A stretch of 32,510 nucleotides of DNA from an archaeon (GTDB lineage Archaea; Iainarchaeota; Iainarchaeia; Iainarchaeales; Iainarchaeaceae): NCBI GenBank assembly GCA_005239615.1, contig SBBR01000106.1, positions 1 to 32,510 on the forward strand, given 5' to 3'. The translations under genes were made by a program, and so were the position numbers. Of this stretch, positions 23,845-32,418 are shown piece by piece; position 1 is the stretch's first letter, and every line of letters starts with the position of its first letter. The notes beneath the pieces are model-generated. The model saw nothing but the letters and a program-made list of their open reading frames with translations, did no database searches and was not told where the DNA came from.

Positions 23845-24855
23845 ATGCCAGAACTCATCGTCGACCTCTCGGAAGCAAAGGAGTTCCTGAAGGAAAAAGG
23901 CTGTCGCACCGTGATTGTTCAGATTCCTGAGGGCCTGAAGGATAGGACAACACGGATTTCGGATGAGCTCTCCGGCAGCTGCGAGAATGTTTTCATCAAA
24001 ATGGACCCGTGCTACGGCGCGTGCGACCTCCCGCTGCACGACAAGAATGTCCTGAATGCAGACGCGATTGTGCACATCGGGCACTCGGCAATGCACAGGC
24101 ACAAGGACATTTTTTACGTGCCATGCCAGTACAGAATCAGCGGGGAGGAGATGGAGGAGAATATAGCACGCTTGCTCAGGGAACTCCAAAAAAGGAAAAT
24201 CACTGCTGTGTCACTCGTGGCAAACGCACAGTATGGAACATACTTGCCTCAAATCAAGAAATCCCTCTTTGAAAACGGAGTCCAGTCATTCATAGGCCAC
24301 GGCACCTCGAGGCTCGCGGGCGAAGGCCAGATAATCGGGTGCAATTATACTGTAGTTGAAAGCGTGCTCCCTAACGTGCAGGCCTCGGTGTACTTCGGCG
24401 ACGGCTACTTCCACCCGCTTGGCCTGGTGTTCAGCACGGACAAGCCGGTGTTGGTGCTGAATCCTCTACATAAAACCGTGGAGGAAATCTCGGAGAAGAC
24501 AAAGGACAGGTTCATGCGCAAGCGATACCTCGCCATTGCAAAGGCGTCCGAGGCGAAGAACTTCGGTATCATCGTTTCAATAAAATCCGGTCAGCGGCAG
24601 AAGGAGAAGGCGCTGGAGCTGAAGAAGGCTATAGAGAGGCACGGGAAGAAGGCCTACCTGCTGGAGATGGACCTGGTGGCCGAGGGCTACATGACCGGCA
24701 CGGGCTTTGACTGCCTCGTGAACACCGCGTGCAACAGGATTGTGCTCGATGACGCGGAAAACTGGAAAACGTTAATAATAAATCCTACCGAGTGCCTTAT
24801 TGTATTAGGCGAAAAGAAGTTCGAGGAATGGAAGCCTGATGAGTTCCTGCACTGA
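23845..24855 (+). CDS. dph2: Diphthamide biosynthesis protein Dph2 (2-(3-amino-3-carboxypropyl)histidine synthase)
   Basis: Contains VIVQIPEGLK, DPCYGACD, VHIGHS and C-terminal FDCLVNTACNRI. The length of 336 aa is typical of archaeal Dph2. Confidence 0.85.
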   Translation: MPELIVDLSEAKEFLKEKGCRTVIVQIPEGLKDRTTRISDELSGSCENVFIKMDPCYGACDLPLHDKNVLNADAIVHIGHSAMHRHKDIFYVPCQYRISGEEMEENIARLLRELQKRKITAVSLVANAQYGTYLPQIKKSLFENGVQSFIGHGTSRLAGEGQIIGCNYTVVESVLPNVQASVYFGDGYFHPLGLVFSTDKPVLVLNPLHKTVEEISEKTKDRFMRKRYLAIAKASEAKNFGIIVSIKSGQRQKEKALELKKAIERHGKKAYLLEMDLVAEGYMTGTGFDCLVNTACNRIVLDDAENWKTLIINPTECLIVLGEKKFEEWKPDEFLH

Positions 24856-24864
24856 GGAGATGGA

Positions 24865-25092
24865 ATGCCAAAACCAGGAATACACCCGAGATATGGAAAG
24901 CCTTTGAAGAACACTTCCCATGATGTTATCGTAGAAATCGGGCGTATAAAATACGTGGAACGAGGTGATGGTACAATCGCAATTCTTCACGGTGGCTATC
25001 ACTACCCATTTAAAGGCAACCAAGAGCTTGAAAGGCGAATAAGAGAGACTATTGAGTTTAAAAGAAGAGGGCAAGGCCGAAGGCCAGTTTAG
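24865..25092 (+). CDS. Hypothetical small protein with weak resemblance to bacterial bL31 motifs
   Basis: 75 aa. It has an N-terminal MPKPGIHPRY and an internal HYPFKGNQ. It is tightly packed after dph2. The assignment is speculative. Confidence 0.4.
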   Translation: MPKPGIHPRYGKPLKNTSHDVIVEIGRIKYVERGDGTIAILHGGYHYPFKGNQELERRIRETIEFKRRGQGRRPV

Positions 25093-26006
25093 AAGTCAAT
25101 CTGGTAGGGGTCAGGCGGCTTGTAGTCGTCGCGGGTAATCCGCGCAGCAGATTTTTTTCTCCTTCTTCGCGTGGTTTTGGGTGTTGTAATCTCGGTTTCG
25201 GAATTGTGTTCAGATACAACAAACCCTGCATCGCTGGCGGTTTCCCTTATTAGTGTCCCCACGAAAGAGTAATCATTAATGTAATTGGAAAAATTCTGCA
25301 TGTCGTTGCCATTCAACACTACGGCGCGGATTTTACTGCGTTGGAGGATTAGGCAGCAGGCGAGGTCAAGCACGACATTCTGGCCGGGCGTGGAGCCGGA
25401 CTGCATTATGAGGCGGACAAGGTGGCCATGACTTATCTCGTCGAAGCGCCTCGCCTCTGAGTTCACTGCAGGGTCGGAATCGTAGATTCCATCCACGTTC
25501 GTGAGGTTCACGAAGGTGCCGTTTAGCGCCTCGGCAATCAGCGCGCCCACGGAATCCGTGGTGAAGAAAGGTATGTGGCCCCCGAACACTGGTATTTTCC
25601 CTGCATCGATTATCTCCTTGGCTGCGAAGAAGTCGTCGAGAACATTTTTATGGGCATTGTGGATTGCGTGCGCGACAAGCAGGGCGTTCACGCGCGTGAC
25701 ATTTATGCCAGCGAGGTCCTGCACGAAGTTGTTTGCGCCGAGGCTGCGCATCGCCTCAACATAGGAGCGCGCTGACTTCCCTCCCCCCACAACGAGCACG
25801 AACTGCTTGCCCTGCGAATGCAGCGCGGAAACAGCGTCAGCAATGACCCTGATTTTTTCAGGGTTCGGGCCGTTCTCGTCCACGATAAGGCTCCCACCTA
25901 TCGACACGACAAAAATGTTGCCATTGCCTGGGCCACTGATGGGTTGTGGTCTTTGCTGCTCGGGTTCTGGCGCGTTCATCGCTGCCTGCTCGAGGAAGTC
26001 AAACAT
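25089..26006 (-). CDS. pyrH: UMP kinase (archaeal PyrH, amino-acid-kinase fold) with N- and C-terminal extensions
   Basis: Contains IFVVSIGGSLI and VLVVGGGKSARSY, and the central region matches archaeal uridylate kinase. There is an extra ~35 aa at the N-terminus and a basic ~60-aa C-terminal tail (TTRRRRKKSAARI). Confidence 0.8.
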   Translation of the reverse strand: MFDFLEQAAMNAPEPEQQRPQPISGPGNGNIFVVSIGGSLIVDENGPNPEKIRVIADAVSALHSQGKQFVLVVGGGKSARSYVEAMRSLGANNFVQDLAGINVTRVNALLVAHAIHNAHKNVLDDFFAAKEIIDAGKIPVFGGHIPFFTTDSVGALIAEALNGTFVNLTNVDGIYDSDPAVNSEARRFDEISHGHLVRLIMQSGSTPGQNVVLDLACCLILQRSKIRAVVLNGNDMQNFSNYINDYSFVGTLIRETASDAGFVVSEHNSETEITTPKTTRRRRKKSAARITRDDYKPPDPYQIDF

Positions 26007-26095
26007 TGTGGACCGTAATGAATATGCGTTATTTGTATTTAACCGTTTCGAACGGGAAAAAGCCCAAACATGCCATTTTTATAGCTGTTTGATGT

Positions 26096-26117
26096 ATAAT
26101 TAATGCATAATTAATGC
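26096..26117. promoter_or_regulatory. Perfect 11-bp tandem repeat (ATAATTAATGC x2), a candidate TATA/operator element of the toxin-antitoxin operon
   Basis: 26096-26106 equals 26107-26117. Each unit contains the palindromic core TAATTA. It lies 20-40 nt upstream of the antitoxin ATG, just before the GGAGG at 26124. Confidence 0.5.
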
Positions 26118-26137
26118 AATTTAGGAGGTTCTTCTGT

Positions 26138-26389
26138 ATGAGAACGACTGTCCAGCTAAAGGGAATGCCAAACATAATACTCGAAAAGGCTGTTGAGCTT
26201 GGAGTGGCTCGGTCTAAAACTGACGCTATCCGGATGGGGGTTTTTTCCCTGAACAAGGAGTTCAACCTCGTCAAGGACCTCGAGATTGAGTTGGTCGCAA
26301 GGAAAATCGAAAAGCAGGAAGCGGAAATGAAGAGGCGTGGCCTGAAGTATATTGATGAGGAAACCGCACTCGCTAAATACAGAAGGTGA
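26138..26389 (+). CDS. Putative antitoxin (possibly ribbon-helix-helix-like) paired with the RelE/ParE toxin
   Basis: 83 aa starting MRTTVQLKG. A GGAGG lies 9 nt upstream. Its stop is 4 nt before the toxin GTG. No strong family motif, so the call rests mainly on context. Confidence 0.45.
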   Translation: MRTTVQLKGMPNIILEKAVELGVARSKTDAIRMGVFSLNKEFNLVKDLEIELVARKIEKQEAEMKRRGLKYIDEETALAKYRR

Positions 26390-26393
26390 ACTG

Positions 26394-26663
26394 GTGGACC
26401 TGACTCCATGGAAGCTTGGGTTCATACCTGCCTGGGACAAGCACTTCTCAAAATTTGATGAACCGACAAGGGAAAGAATACTGAAAAAACTTGAGCAAAT
26501 GAAACAGGCGCTCCTTTTCCGCGGGTTTCACTCTTCGAAATACCATGTTGAGGAAGCAGGCCAATTCAGGATTGCGTTCAAGCAGGATGAAGAAACAAGG
26601 ACAAAATACATACAATTCATCGGCAACCACAAACATTACGAAAAATGGTATAGGGAACGCTGA
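26394..26663 (+). CDS. relE: RelE/ParE-family toxin
   Basis: The C-terminal pattern YHVEEAGQFRIAFKQDEETRTKYIQFIGNHKHYEKWY fits the RelE signature (G-x-[FY]-R-[IV]...I-x-I-x-x-[IV]-G-x-[HR]-x-x-x-Y). ILKKLEQMK is also present. The GTG start at 26394 is inferred. Confidence 0.65.
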   Translation: MDLTPWKLGFIPAWDKHFSKFDEPTRERILKKLEQMKQALLFRGFHSSKYHVEEAGQFRIAFKQDEETRTKYIQFIGNHKHYEKWYRER

Positions 26664-26786
26664 ACCGCAAACCGCCAGAATCATTAGTATTTTTAAGCCG
26701 GAGTTGCCAAATATTGTTCATGGATTCAGCAGGCCTTATGGGGTTTGACTAGCCAATTTTTCTCACTAATTTTCCTAGTGATTGTT

Positions 26787-28010
26787 ATGGTTGATGTTCT
26801 GGAGTCAGGCGATTCGGACGAGGCGGTCTTCAAGAAGAAGCTCAGTAAGCTCGAGAAGTTCCAGGGAAGGGGCACCGAGCTTATTAGTGTCTACATACCT
26901 GAGGGAACAGACCGCGGGGCGGTAATGAACCAGCTCACTGGGGAGCTTGGTCAGAGTTCGAACATAAAAAGCCCCACCACACGCAAAAACGTAGGAGGGG
27001 CACTGCGAAAAATCACGGGGTTCCTCAAGCAAATCGATTTTAGGCTGCCACATAACGGTTTGGTGGTGTTCTCGGGCAACGTCTCCGAAATAGAGGGCAG
27101 GACAGACATAAGGCTTTTTACTGTCCATCCCATAAAGAACCTGCGCACCCGCCTGTACTGGTGCGACTCGAGGTTCCACCTTGAGCCCCTGATGGAAATG
27201 CTCAAGCCGACGAGCATCTATGGCCTTGTGGTTATTGACCACAGCGAAGCCACCATAGCAACCCTTATCGGGAAAAGGTATGAGATAATGGGGAAATTCA
27301 CATCAGGATATAGCGGGAAATCACGTGCGGGAGGGCAATCTAGTGCTCGTTTTCAGCGTCTACGCGAAGAGGCGGAGCAGGACTTCTACAAGCGCATAAG
27401 CGAGAAGTGCAACATGGTTTTCCTGCCTTACGGAGAGAAATTCGCGGGCTTTATCGTGGGCGGGCCGGGCATGACAAAGCAGTTCTTCCTCGAGAAGGAC
27501 CTGCTCGACCACAGGATAAAGAAGAAGGTGCTAGGCACTCTCGACACTTCATACACCGATGAGGGCGGCATAAGGGAGCTGATGCAGAAGTCCGATGCGC
27601 TGCTCAAGGACACCGACATAATGAAGGAGAAGGCAGTTATGTCAGAGTTCTTCACTGCGCTGGCAAAGGGCGGGCTCGCGGCTTACGGCGAGAAGCAGGT
27701 CATGGAGGCGCTCGATAGAGGCCAGGTCGAGAGGCTGCTCGTGAGCGAGGCCATAGAGTGGACAGTGTACAAGTTCTATGATGAAGAGAGCGGCAAAAGT
27801 GAAGTGGTGATGGACAAGGATGGCAAGTTCGAACCCAATAGCAAGGAAGGCATGGAGCTGGTTGAGGAGATGGACTTCCTGGACTTTATGACCGAGAAGG
27901 CAGAGCAGACTTCGACCAAGCTCATCGTAATATCAAAGGAAACGGAAGAAGGGGAGCAGTTCTACTCCGGGTTTGGCGGGATAGGCGCGATGCTGAGGTA
28001 TAAGATATAA
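26787..28010 (+). CDS. prf1: Peptide chain release factor aRF1
   Basis: Contains GRGTELISVYIP, the NIKS stop-codon recognition motif (SSNIKSPTTRKN) and the GGQ motif (RAGGQSSARFQRLR). The ATG at 26787 is preferred over the upstream TTG. Confidence 0.9.
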   Translation: MVDVLESGDSDEAVFKKKLSKLEKFQGRGTELISVYIPEGTDRGAVMNQLTGELGQSSNIKSPTTRKNVGGALRKITGFLKQIDFRLPHNGLVVFSGNVSEIEGRTDIRLFTVHPIKNLRTRLYWCDSRFHLEPLMEMLKPTSIYGLVVIDHSEATIATLIGKRYEIMGKFTSGYSGKSRAGGQSSARFQRLREEAEQDFYKRISEKCNMVFLPYGEKFAGFIVGGPGMTKQFFLEKDLLDHRIKKKVLGTLDTSYTDEGGIRELMQKSDALLKDTDIMKEKAVMSEFFTALAKGGLAAYGEKQVMEALDRGQVERLLVSEAIEWTVYKFYDEESGKSEVVMDKDGKFEPNSKEGMELVEEMDFLDFMTEKAEQTSTKLIVISKETEEGEQFYSGFGGIGAMLRYKI

Positions 28011-28088
28011 TCGCCATGAAAGACAAAAAATAAAAACCCCAAAGCCTTGCCCCGCAATCGACTTTGTGTTTTTTGAGTGTGTTGCGAA

Positions 28089-29354
28089 ATGACCGGCATC
28101 CTGCACTACACCACAACAACGCCCGGCATCGGAGGCGTGATAAAGCGCCGCATCACTGATTTTGCCGTGCGGGAAATAACGCCGGAAGGTAGGGTGCTTG
28201 AGAACAAGGTCTTCGGCGACTTCTGGCCGCCGGGGCACGAAGCGCTTGAGGTGCCACCGCAACCGGAGGGCAAGGACCAGCTCATTCTCGTGATGGAAAA
28301 ATTCAACCTCGACACCAACGACGCCCTGAGGAGGATTTCAAGGCAATTGAGGACATCTGGAAAAAGGATTGGTTATGCCGGCCTCAAGGACAGGAGGGCC
28401 ATTACGGCACAGCGCATTTCAATCTGGAGGCCGGACGTCGAATTGCTGAAGAAAAAGCCGAGTCTGTATGTAGGGCTGCGCGACCCGCAATGGAGCAGTG
28501 AAAGGGTTGAAATAGGGAGCCTGCAGGGCAACGAGTTTGAGATTGTTATAAGGGAAATCTCGATGCCAGCAGGGGAACTGGAAAGGGTCACAGTGGAATG
28601 TTTCGGGCAGATGAAGAATGGAGTAGCGAACTACTTCGGCGAGCAGCGCTTCGGTGGAAACCGCGAGGTCACGCATCTCGTTGGCAGGAAATTCGTTAAG
28701 GGGGACATCGAAGGCGCCGTGATGACTTACCTCACTCACCCGAGCATTGGCGAGGAGGAAGAAGTCGCGTCAGCGAGAAAGAACCTTGCGGACACTGGGG
28801 ATTTTGCGCGGGCGCTGAAAGAGATTCCCGCGAAGCTCAGGTACGAGCGCGCGATACTCAACCACCTCGTGAAGCTGCCCAAGGATTTTGTGGGGGCATT
28901 CCAGAGCCTCCCAAAGCATTTGCGCTATCTCTTCACGCACGCGTACCAGAGCTACCTCTTCAATTTGGTCATTAATGAGAGGATTGAACAGGGCATCGGC
29001 ATTAGGGCGGTTGAGGGTGATGTTTTGGATGAGGCCGGCGCCCCGATGGGACCGCTCTTCGGCGTTGATTTTCCGCTTGCCGAGGGAAAGGCCGGAGAGA
29101 TTGAAAGGGGCGTGCTGGAAAAAGAGGGCGTTGGGTTGGAGAAGTTCAGGGTGAAGGCCTTCCCGGAACTGGGGTGCTCGGGCGCGCGCAAGAAAATCGT
29201 CCTTGTGCCGCAGGGCTTGAGGCTGATTTCCATTGAAAAGGACGAGTTCAGCGAGGGAAAGCTGAAGATGAGGATTTCATTCCGACTGGAGAAGGGGAAC
29301 TACGCGACGACAATCCTCAGGGAACTGATGAAGGCAGCGCCAAGTAACTCCTGA
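28089..29354 (+). CDS. truD: tRNA pseudouridine synthase TruD/Pus7 family
   Basis: Contains GIGGVIKRRITDFAVREI, the catalytic Asp motif GYAGLKDRRAITAQ and NYFGEQRFG. Confidence 0.85.
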   Translation: MTGILHYTTTTPGIGGVIKRRITDFAVREITPEGRVLENKVFGDFWPPGHEALEVPPQPEGKDQLILVMEKFNLDTNDALRRISRQLRTSGKRIGYAGLKDRRAITAQRISIWRPDVELLKKKPSLYVGLRDPQWSSERVEIGSLQGNEFEIVIREISMPAGELERVTVECFGQMKNGVANYFGEQRFGGNREVTHLVGRKFVKGDIEGAVMTYLTHPSIGEEEEVASARKNLADTGDFARALKEIPAKLRYERAILNHLVKLPKDFVGAFQSLPKHLRYLFTHAYQSYLFNLVINERIEQGIGIRAVEGDVLDEAGAPMGPLFGVDFPLAEGKAGEIERGVLEKEGVGLEKFRVKAFPELGCSGARKKIVLVPQGLRLISIEKDEFSEGKLKMRISFRLEKGNYATTILRELMKAAPSNS

Positions 29355-29465
29355 GCACCGCGGGCTGAAGCCTCGGTGGTATCACAAGCAACCGTCGACG
29401 GAACGCAGGACGACACCATAACCAACAGCTGAAGCAACTGGTGTCCTGCGTTGGGTCTGTGAGTG

Positions 29466-30140
29466 TCATTTGCCCGCGGCACTGCAGCCTGTTATCTGCC
29501 TGAGTTCTGCGGGCGGTACAATGCCCTCGTATTTCTTGCCATCGATGACAATCGACGGGGTATTTTGTATTGAGTGCCTTTCCTTCAGGACCTCTATGAC
29601 TGGCACCTCAAGGTCTGTCGGGAGGGCGAATACCCTAACCTCCTGGCAGTCCTTTACCAGCGTATCGAGGGCAGCTGCCTGCACTGCACAGTCCTCGCAG
29701 TAGTACTTGTCAGGGTAAAAGTAAAGTATCGCCAGGACGCCGCTGGACCCGCATTCACCCCTCGCCTTCTCTAGCAGGAGGAAAAACTGGAGGTTCTGGA
29801 CAATGAACTTTTTCTTTGCGGTCTCAACGCTGGAGAAGAGAGTCTGCTTTTTCGCGGCCTCTAGCTCTCCAAGAAGCCCTATGTTTTTCTGCACCTGCAA
29901 CTCAACGCTGCGCTGGATAGCAGCGCACACCTGCCCTGTGCTCCCGTACACGGACTCATAGAACAGGAGCTGCTGGGCTGCTTCCACATCTACAGATTCC
30001 GATTCCAGTTTCTCTAGGACGCCCTTGTAGCGCGTGTCGTCGTACATGTTCACGGCAGCGAAGCCGAGTGCCATCAGCACTGCAGTCATGAGGATAGCCT
30101 TGAAGTACTTGTTCATCAAACCAGACACCTTCCTTGCCAA
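29466..30140 (-). CDS. Membrane-anchored thioredoxin-fold protein with a CxxC motif (putative extracytoplasmic thiol-disulfide oxidoreductase)
   Basis: N-terminal TM (AILMTAVLMALGFAAV). The C-terminal domain has ILYFYPDKYYCEDCAVQ (CxxC) followed by a cis-Pro-like NTPSIVIDGKKYEG. Confidence 0.5.
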   Translation of the reverse strand: MARKVSGLMNKYFKAILMTAVLMALGFAAVNMYDDTRYKGVLEKLESESVDVEAAQQLLFYESVYGSTGQVCAAIQRSVELQVQKNIGLLGELEAAKKQTLFSSVETAKKKFIVQNLQFFLLLEKARGECGSSGVLAILYFYPDKYYCEDCAVQAAALDTLVKDCQEVRVFALPTDLEVPVIEVLKERHSIQNTPSIVIDGKKYEGIVPPAELRQITGCSAAGK

Positions 30141-30272
30141 TGCTTCACGCCATCGTCAGCAACAACTAGGCCCAAAGCACAGCACTGCAATGCCCCATAC
30201 AACCATTCCACTGCCCCAAAACCAAAACCCGACGACCACGGAACCTTTCTTCCGACAAAGAAGTGCATCACG

Positions 30273-31646
30273 TCACCACGCGTATTCGCTCGAATTGATT
30301 TCCTTCAAAAAGCCATAAAAGAAGACCGCAAGGATGAAGAAGCCGTAAACCACTATGAAAACTGCTATTTCGGGGAGCTTCCTGATTCCTATATCATTCC
30401 TTGCGATGGAGTGGCTCACGTAAAGGAAGAAGATGTAGAAGCATGCTCCTATGAGGTAAAAGACGAGACTGGAGTCAAATAGCAGGAATTTTGGTGCGAC
30501 AACGCTAAGGTCTATGCCGAGAGAGTAGGACTGCGCCAGCACGCCTGCGAAGCGCGCCACGTTCTCGATGTTCGCGGCAATGAAGATGAAAACAAAGAGG
30601 ACGACGCACCACTCCACTATCACCGAAAATGGGAAGGTGAACATTCCGAACTCGCCGTACTTCGGGTTAAAGAGCATGCCGCTGTACTTGATAGTGTTGA
30701 AGAACTTGCCCCTGTACCACCTCACTCTCTGCCTGAAGAGGCGCCCTACCGTCCGAGGCACCTCCGTGTAAATCTTGGTGTCTGTGTTAGTGACTATTCT
30801 GTAGCCGTGTTCGCGCAGGCGGAAGGCAATTTCCATGTCCTCGGTGATGTTTTCCTCGTCAAACCCGCCGATTTCCCTGAGCGCCTTGGCGGTGTAGACG
30901 CTCATAGGCCCCGGTGTCACCAAGATGGCGTTGATGTCGGCAAGGACAGCTTGGAAGAAACCAAAGGCGACAAGGTACTCAACCTCCTGAATCTTCTCCA
31001 CGATGCCCTTTGTGTTCGCGGGGCGCACAAAGCCTGTGACAGCCCCAATCCTGCCGCTGCGAGGAGCAAGGCCTTTTATTTTTGCGCCCCTTGCGCCCCC
31101 ATCAATCTTGCCCATCAGCATCGGCACCATTTTAACGAGCGAGTCACTTGCAGGAAAAGTGTCGGAGTCTATTGTTGCGATGACCTCGCCATTCGCTGCC
31201 CGGATGCCAGAGTTGAGCACCGCTCCTTTCCCTGCGTTTTTCTTTTTTGCTATGAGCCTTATGCCCTTCACGCTGCGCAGGAGCCTCATGGAAGAGTCTG
31301 TCGAGCCGTCATCGACCACGATGATTTCCTTTTTTCCCTGATACTCCATCGCCTTTACAGCATCGATGCAGCGCAACAACGAGGCTTCGCCGTTGTAATT
31401 CGGAATCACTATAGACACGAAAGGCCACTTTTCCGGCACATGCCTTTTCTGCTGCCTGACCTCGAAGAACGCGAAAAGGAACACGCTGTTTATGAAGATC
31501 AGAAGGACGTTGAAGAAGACCACGAGTGCCTTGAAGGTAACGAGCTTGACGAGAAAGTAGACGAAGCCCAGCATGAGCAGGAATACCGCTATTGTCCTCG
31601 GCTTGACATTTGACAGCCTCATCCAAAGATTAGTGCCAGAAGTCAA
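30273..31646 (-). CDS. Processive family-2 glycosyltransferase (membrane-integrated polysaccharide synthase, NodC/chitin/cellulose-synthase-like)
   Basis: Contains VSIVIPNYNGE, VVDDGSTDS, IDSDT, ITEDMEIAFRL and QRVRWYRG (the Q-x-x-RW motif). It has two N-terminal and several C-terminal TM helices. Confidence 0.85.
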   Translation of the reverse strand: MTSGTNLWMRLSNVKPRTIAVFLLMLGFVYFLVKLVTFKALVVFFNVLLIFINSVFLFAFFEVRQQKRHVPEKWPFVSIVIPNYNGEASLLRCIDAVKAMEYQGKKEIIVVDDGSTDSSMRLLRSVKGIRLIAKKKNAGKGAVLNSGIRAANGEVIATIDSDTFPASDSLVKMVPMLMGKIDGGARGAKIKGLAPRSGRIGAVTGFVRPANTKGIVEKIQEVEYLVAFGFFQAVLADINAILVTPGPMSVYTAKALREIGGFDEENITEDMEIAFRLREHGYRIVTNTDTKIYTEVPRTVGRLFRQRVRWYRGKFFNTIKYSGMLFNPKYGEFGMFTFPFSVIVEWCVVLFVFIFIAANIENVARFAGVLAQSYSLGIDLSVVAPKFLLFDSSLVFYLIGACFYIFFLYVSHSIARNDIGIRKLPEIAVFIVVYGFFILAVFFYGFLKEINSSEYAW

Positions 31647-31797
31647 TTAAAAACGATGTGAGAAGGCATCGCCGCACTTCAACAACCCAAGCCAATTGGC
31701 CATGAGGCATTGGGATGCAACTGCCAGGAGGAACCATATAAGCGAATGGAGGTCAGGGCATTGGAAACATATATTTAGTTTCGGTTTCGGAGCGGCC

Positions 31798-32418
31798 TCA
31801 GATTCTCTGCACCACAGTATTGACCCTCGAAATCGCCGATTCGGCATCAGGGTAGAGGCCGCTCAGGAAGACGTAGGACACATAAGAAACGTTCTCGAAG
31901 GAGGACGGAGTCACTTCCACCCTGCCAGGGGAAAGGTATACCCTTGGGGCGCCAAGGCGTGTGTCCGGGAATGAAACAATAATAGTCACGGCATAATCAG
32001 CTGATTCTGAGAGGAGTTTCCTACATTCCTCTCCGGTGAGCTCCTTGCTTGTCCTCGCATCCCCAAGGTTGGTCTGGCATGAAATAATCTCCCCGTCCTC
32101 ACCAAGCACCCTCCCTACCGAGGTTACCTTCTTGCCATTTCCCACGAGCACAGTATTGAAGGCTGTGAGCGCGGAGGTCATGTAGGTGTTCTCAGGGCCC
32201 TTCTCGGAGAACTGGGGCGCGACAATGAAGTCCGTTGATTCGCGGATTTCCGAGAGGAGCTGCGCGGGTTCGGCGGAGTTGGAGACGAAATCCACACCCC
32301 TTGCGCTGACAATGTACCTGTACTCTGAAAAGTCGCCCTTGAATGCAATGTAGCCAAGGAGGACTATTATCAGAAAGGCCACTATTACCGTAGCGTAAAA
32401 ATAAAACCTGTTTTCCAT
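31798..32418 (-). CDS. Hypothetical membrane-anchored protein, first gene of the GT2 operon
   Basis: 206 aa with an N-terminal TM (FYFYATVIVAFLIIVLLGYIAF). The rest is predicted soluble. Its ATG and upstream region lie inside the right inverted-repeat copy. Confidence 0.5.
   Translation of the reverse strand: MENRFYFYATVIVAFLIIVLLGYIAFKGDFSEYRYIVSARGVDFVSNSAEPAQLLSEIRESTDFIVAPQFSEKGPENTYMTSALTAFNTVLVGNGKKVTSVGRVLGEDGEIISCQTNLGDARTSKELTGEECRKLLSESADYAVTIIVSFPDTRLGAPRVYLSPGRVEVTPSSFENVSYVSYVFLSGLYPDAESAISRVNTVVQRI

Noticed and set aside
30807-31613. Plus-strand ORFs 30807..31613 and 31003..31341 opposite the GT2 gene
   Set aside because: The minus-strand frame has the complete D/DxD/TED/QxxRW glycosyltransferase signature and transmembrane helices. 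The plus frames have none.
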